24,000 bases of DNA from positions 5,499 through 29,498 of the forward strand of contig CAZICN010000008.1 of the NCBI GenBank assembly GCA_964537655.1, in the 5' to 3' direction. Positions 23,012 through 24,000 of the stretch are shown piece by piece. The notes below the pieces were generated by a model. The model was not told the DNA's origin, did not search any database, and worked only from the letters and a program-made list of their open reading frames with translations. Source of the DNA: an uncultured Aestuariivirga sp. GTDB lineage: Bacteria > Pseudomonadota > Alphaproteobacteria > Rhizobiales > Aestuariivirgaceae. Within the stretch, counting starts at the first letter, position 1. The number at the start of each line of letters is the position of its first letter. The position numbers and the translations under genes are program-made.

Positions 23012-23060
23012 GATGGAAATTGCAGTTATGGGGATTCCCGGACCTTGGCAAGGCGTGTCT

Positions 23061-23075
23061 AATTATATGATAATT
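23061..23075. promoter_or_regulatory. Palindrome in the divergent GntR/TAXI intergenic region (candidate operator)
   Basis: AATTAT-atg-ATAATT, perfect 6-bp arms, 50 nt upstream of the GntR start codon, in an otherwise GC-rich spacer. Confidence 0.3.
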
Positions 23076-23337
23076 GACCGTGCGTAAGGCCGAATCGGGA
23101 CCTTTCCCGCATGTGCCGGGGTAATGAAAATTGCGCCATGTTCCAAAAATACAACCGGTGATGTGCTGTGGTAGTTCCCCCGCCCTGTATGATGCCGGCC
23201 ATCGGGCTCTCGGGGATTCTGCAGTCCGGCTTTTTCCATTTGTCGCCGGCCTGGACTGGGCCGACACGATGGTGCGCGGCGGTCTGCTCTTTCAGTTCTG
23301 GATCGGCTAGACTGTTCACCGCGGTTTGGGGTTTGAC

Positions 23338-24000
23338 ATGATACGGCTTTATCAGGGCGCGCGGGGGCTCGGCCGCAGGGTGCTTCTGCCGGCTTTCGGC
23401 CTGATCCTTCTTGTCGTAGAGGCGATGGCCGCCGAGCCGCTGGGCATCGGATCGGCGGCGCCCGGCACACCCTCTTACGGCGTGGCGCTGGCGATCGCCA
23501 AGGCGGCCAAGGCGGGGGCCGGGCTCGACCTCTTGCCCAAGCCGTTCAAGAGCACCGGCCAGGCTCTGCCGCTGGTCGAGCAGGGCGAGCTGAAATTTGC
23601 GCTCTCCAACGGCGCTGAACTCGCGGCGGCCTGGAACGGGACCGGTGTGTTCAAGGACCGCAGCGCCAGGTCGCTGCGCCTCGTTGCCCGCCTGTTCCCG
23701 TTCCGGCTGGCGCTGGCCGTCCGCCAGGACAATTCGGCCCGGACGCTGGCCGACCTGAAAACCGGGGTCCTGCCGTCAGGCTTCGCCACCACGACGACGG
23801 GCGAATCCCTGATCGTCGCCTTGCTGTCGACGGCGGGCCTGACCCTCGAGGAAGTGAAAACGGTCAAGGTCGGCGATTTCCATGCGATGCGCGAGGCCTT
23901 CCTTGCCGGGCGCATCGATGCCACGATCTTCATCATCGGCTCGGGCGTGGATCAGGAACTCGCGCGCAAGGTCGGCGGGGTGAGGCTCTTGGCCTTGCCC
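23338..24000 (+). CDS. TAXI-family (TRAP-associated) periplasmic solute-binding protein. N-terminal 221 codons only; the 3' end lies beyond the window.
   Basis: My translation: MIRLYQGARGLGRRVLLPAFGLILLVVEAMAAEPLGIGSAAPGTPSYGVALAIAKAAKAGAGLDLLPKPFKSTGQALPLVEQGELKFALSNG... Signal peptide, then the G-x-x-x-G-x-x-Y-x-x-G/A ... G(S/T)..(N/A)..L.. GE.DF pattern typical of TAXI/NMT1-like binding proteins. The frame is open to the window end. Confidence 0.55.
   Translation, partial: MIRLYQGARGLGRRVLLPAFGLILLVVEAMAAEPLGIGSAAPGTPSYGVALAIAKAAKAGAGLDLLPKPFKSTGQALPLVEQGELKFALSNGAELAAAWNGTGVFKDRSARSLRLVARLFPFRLALAVRQDNSARTLADLKTGVLPSGFATTTTGESLIVALLSTAGLTLEEVKTVKVGDFHAMREAFLAGRIDATIFIIGSGVDQELARKVGGVRLLALP

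Noticed and set aside
23189-23341. 50-codon ORF (MMPAIGLSGILQSGFFHLSPAW...) ending in an ATGA overlap with the TAXI gene start
   Set aside because: It has no SD upstream, an unremarkable sequence and no supporting feature. The ATGA overlap could be chance, so I did not call it.

Overview
High-GC window that looks alphaproteobacterial (Rhizobiales-like); this is inferred from composition, the dispersed repeats and protein similarities recalled from memory. No searches were run. I support 20 protein-coding genes, two of them truncated by the window edges, in five blocks. (1) Minus strand: amiC-amiR (ANTAR antiterminator pair), then the 5' part of an FmdD/UrtA-like amide/urea binding-protein gene. 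An intrinsic terminator sits only about 15 nt upstream of amiC. (2) Minus strand: a betaine/choline-family ABC importer (binding protein, CBS-domain ATPase, fused double permease). (3) A TorR/TorS/TorT-like three-component system with no TMAO reductase in the window; torR is divergent from the ABC importer. (4) The most interesting block is an RNA-repair locus. rtcR is divergent from a near-consensus sigma54 promoter, followed by rsr (Ro60/TROVE), about 400 nt of non-coding sequence, kptA (Tpt1 RNA 2'-phosphotransferase), rtcB and rtcA. The non-coding stretch resolves into three tandem paralogous tRNA-like Y-RNA modules. They show compensatory base changes and a circularly permuted tRNA topology. 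(5) GMC oxidoreductase, DapA-family lyase, SDR, GntR/FadR regulator and a partial TAXI-type binding protein. This block also holds an unexplained array of six helically phased CCCTGT direct repeats. A palindromic REP-like repeat family recurs at least four times. Most other long ORFs in the track are antisense shadows typical of high-GC DNA.
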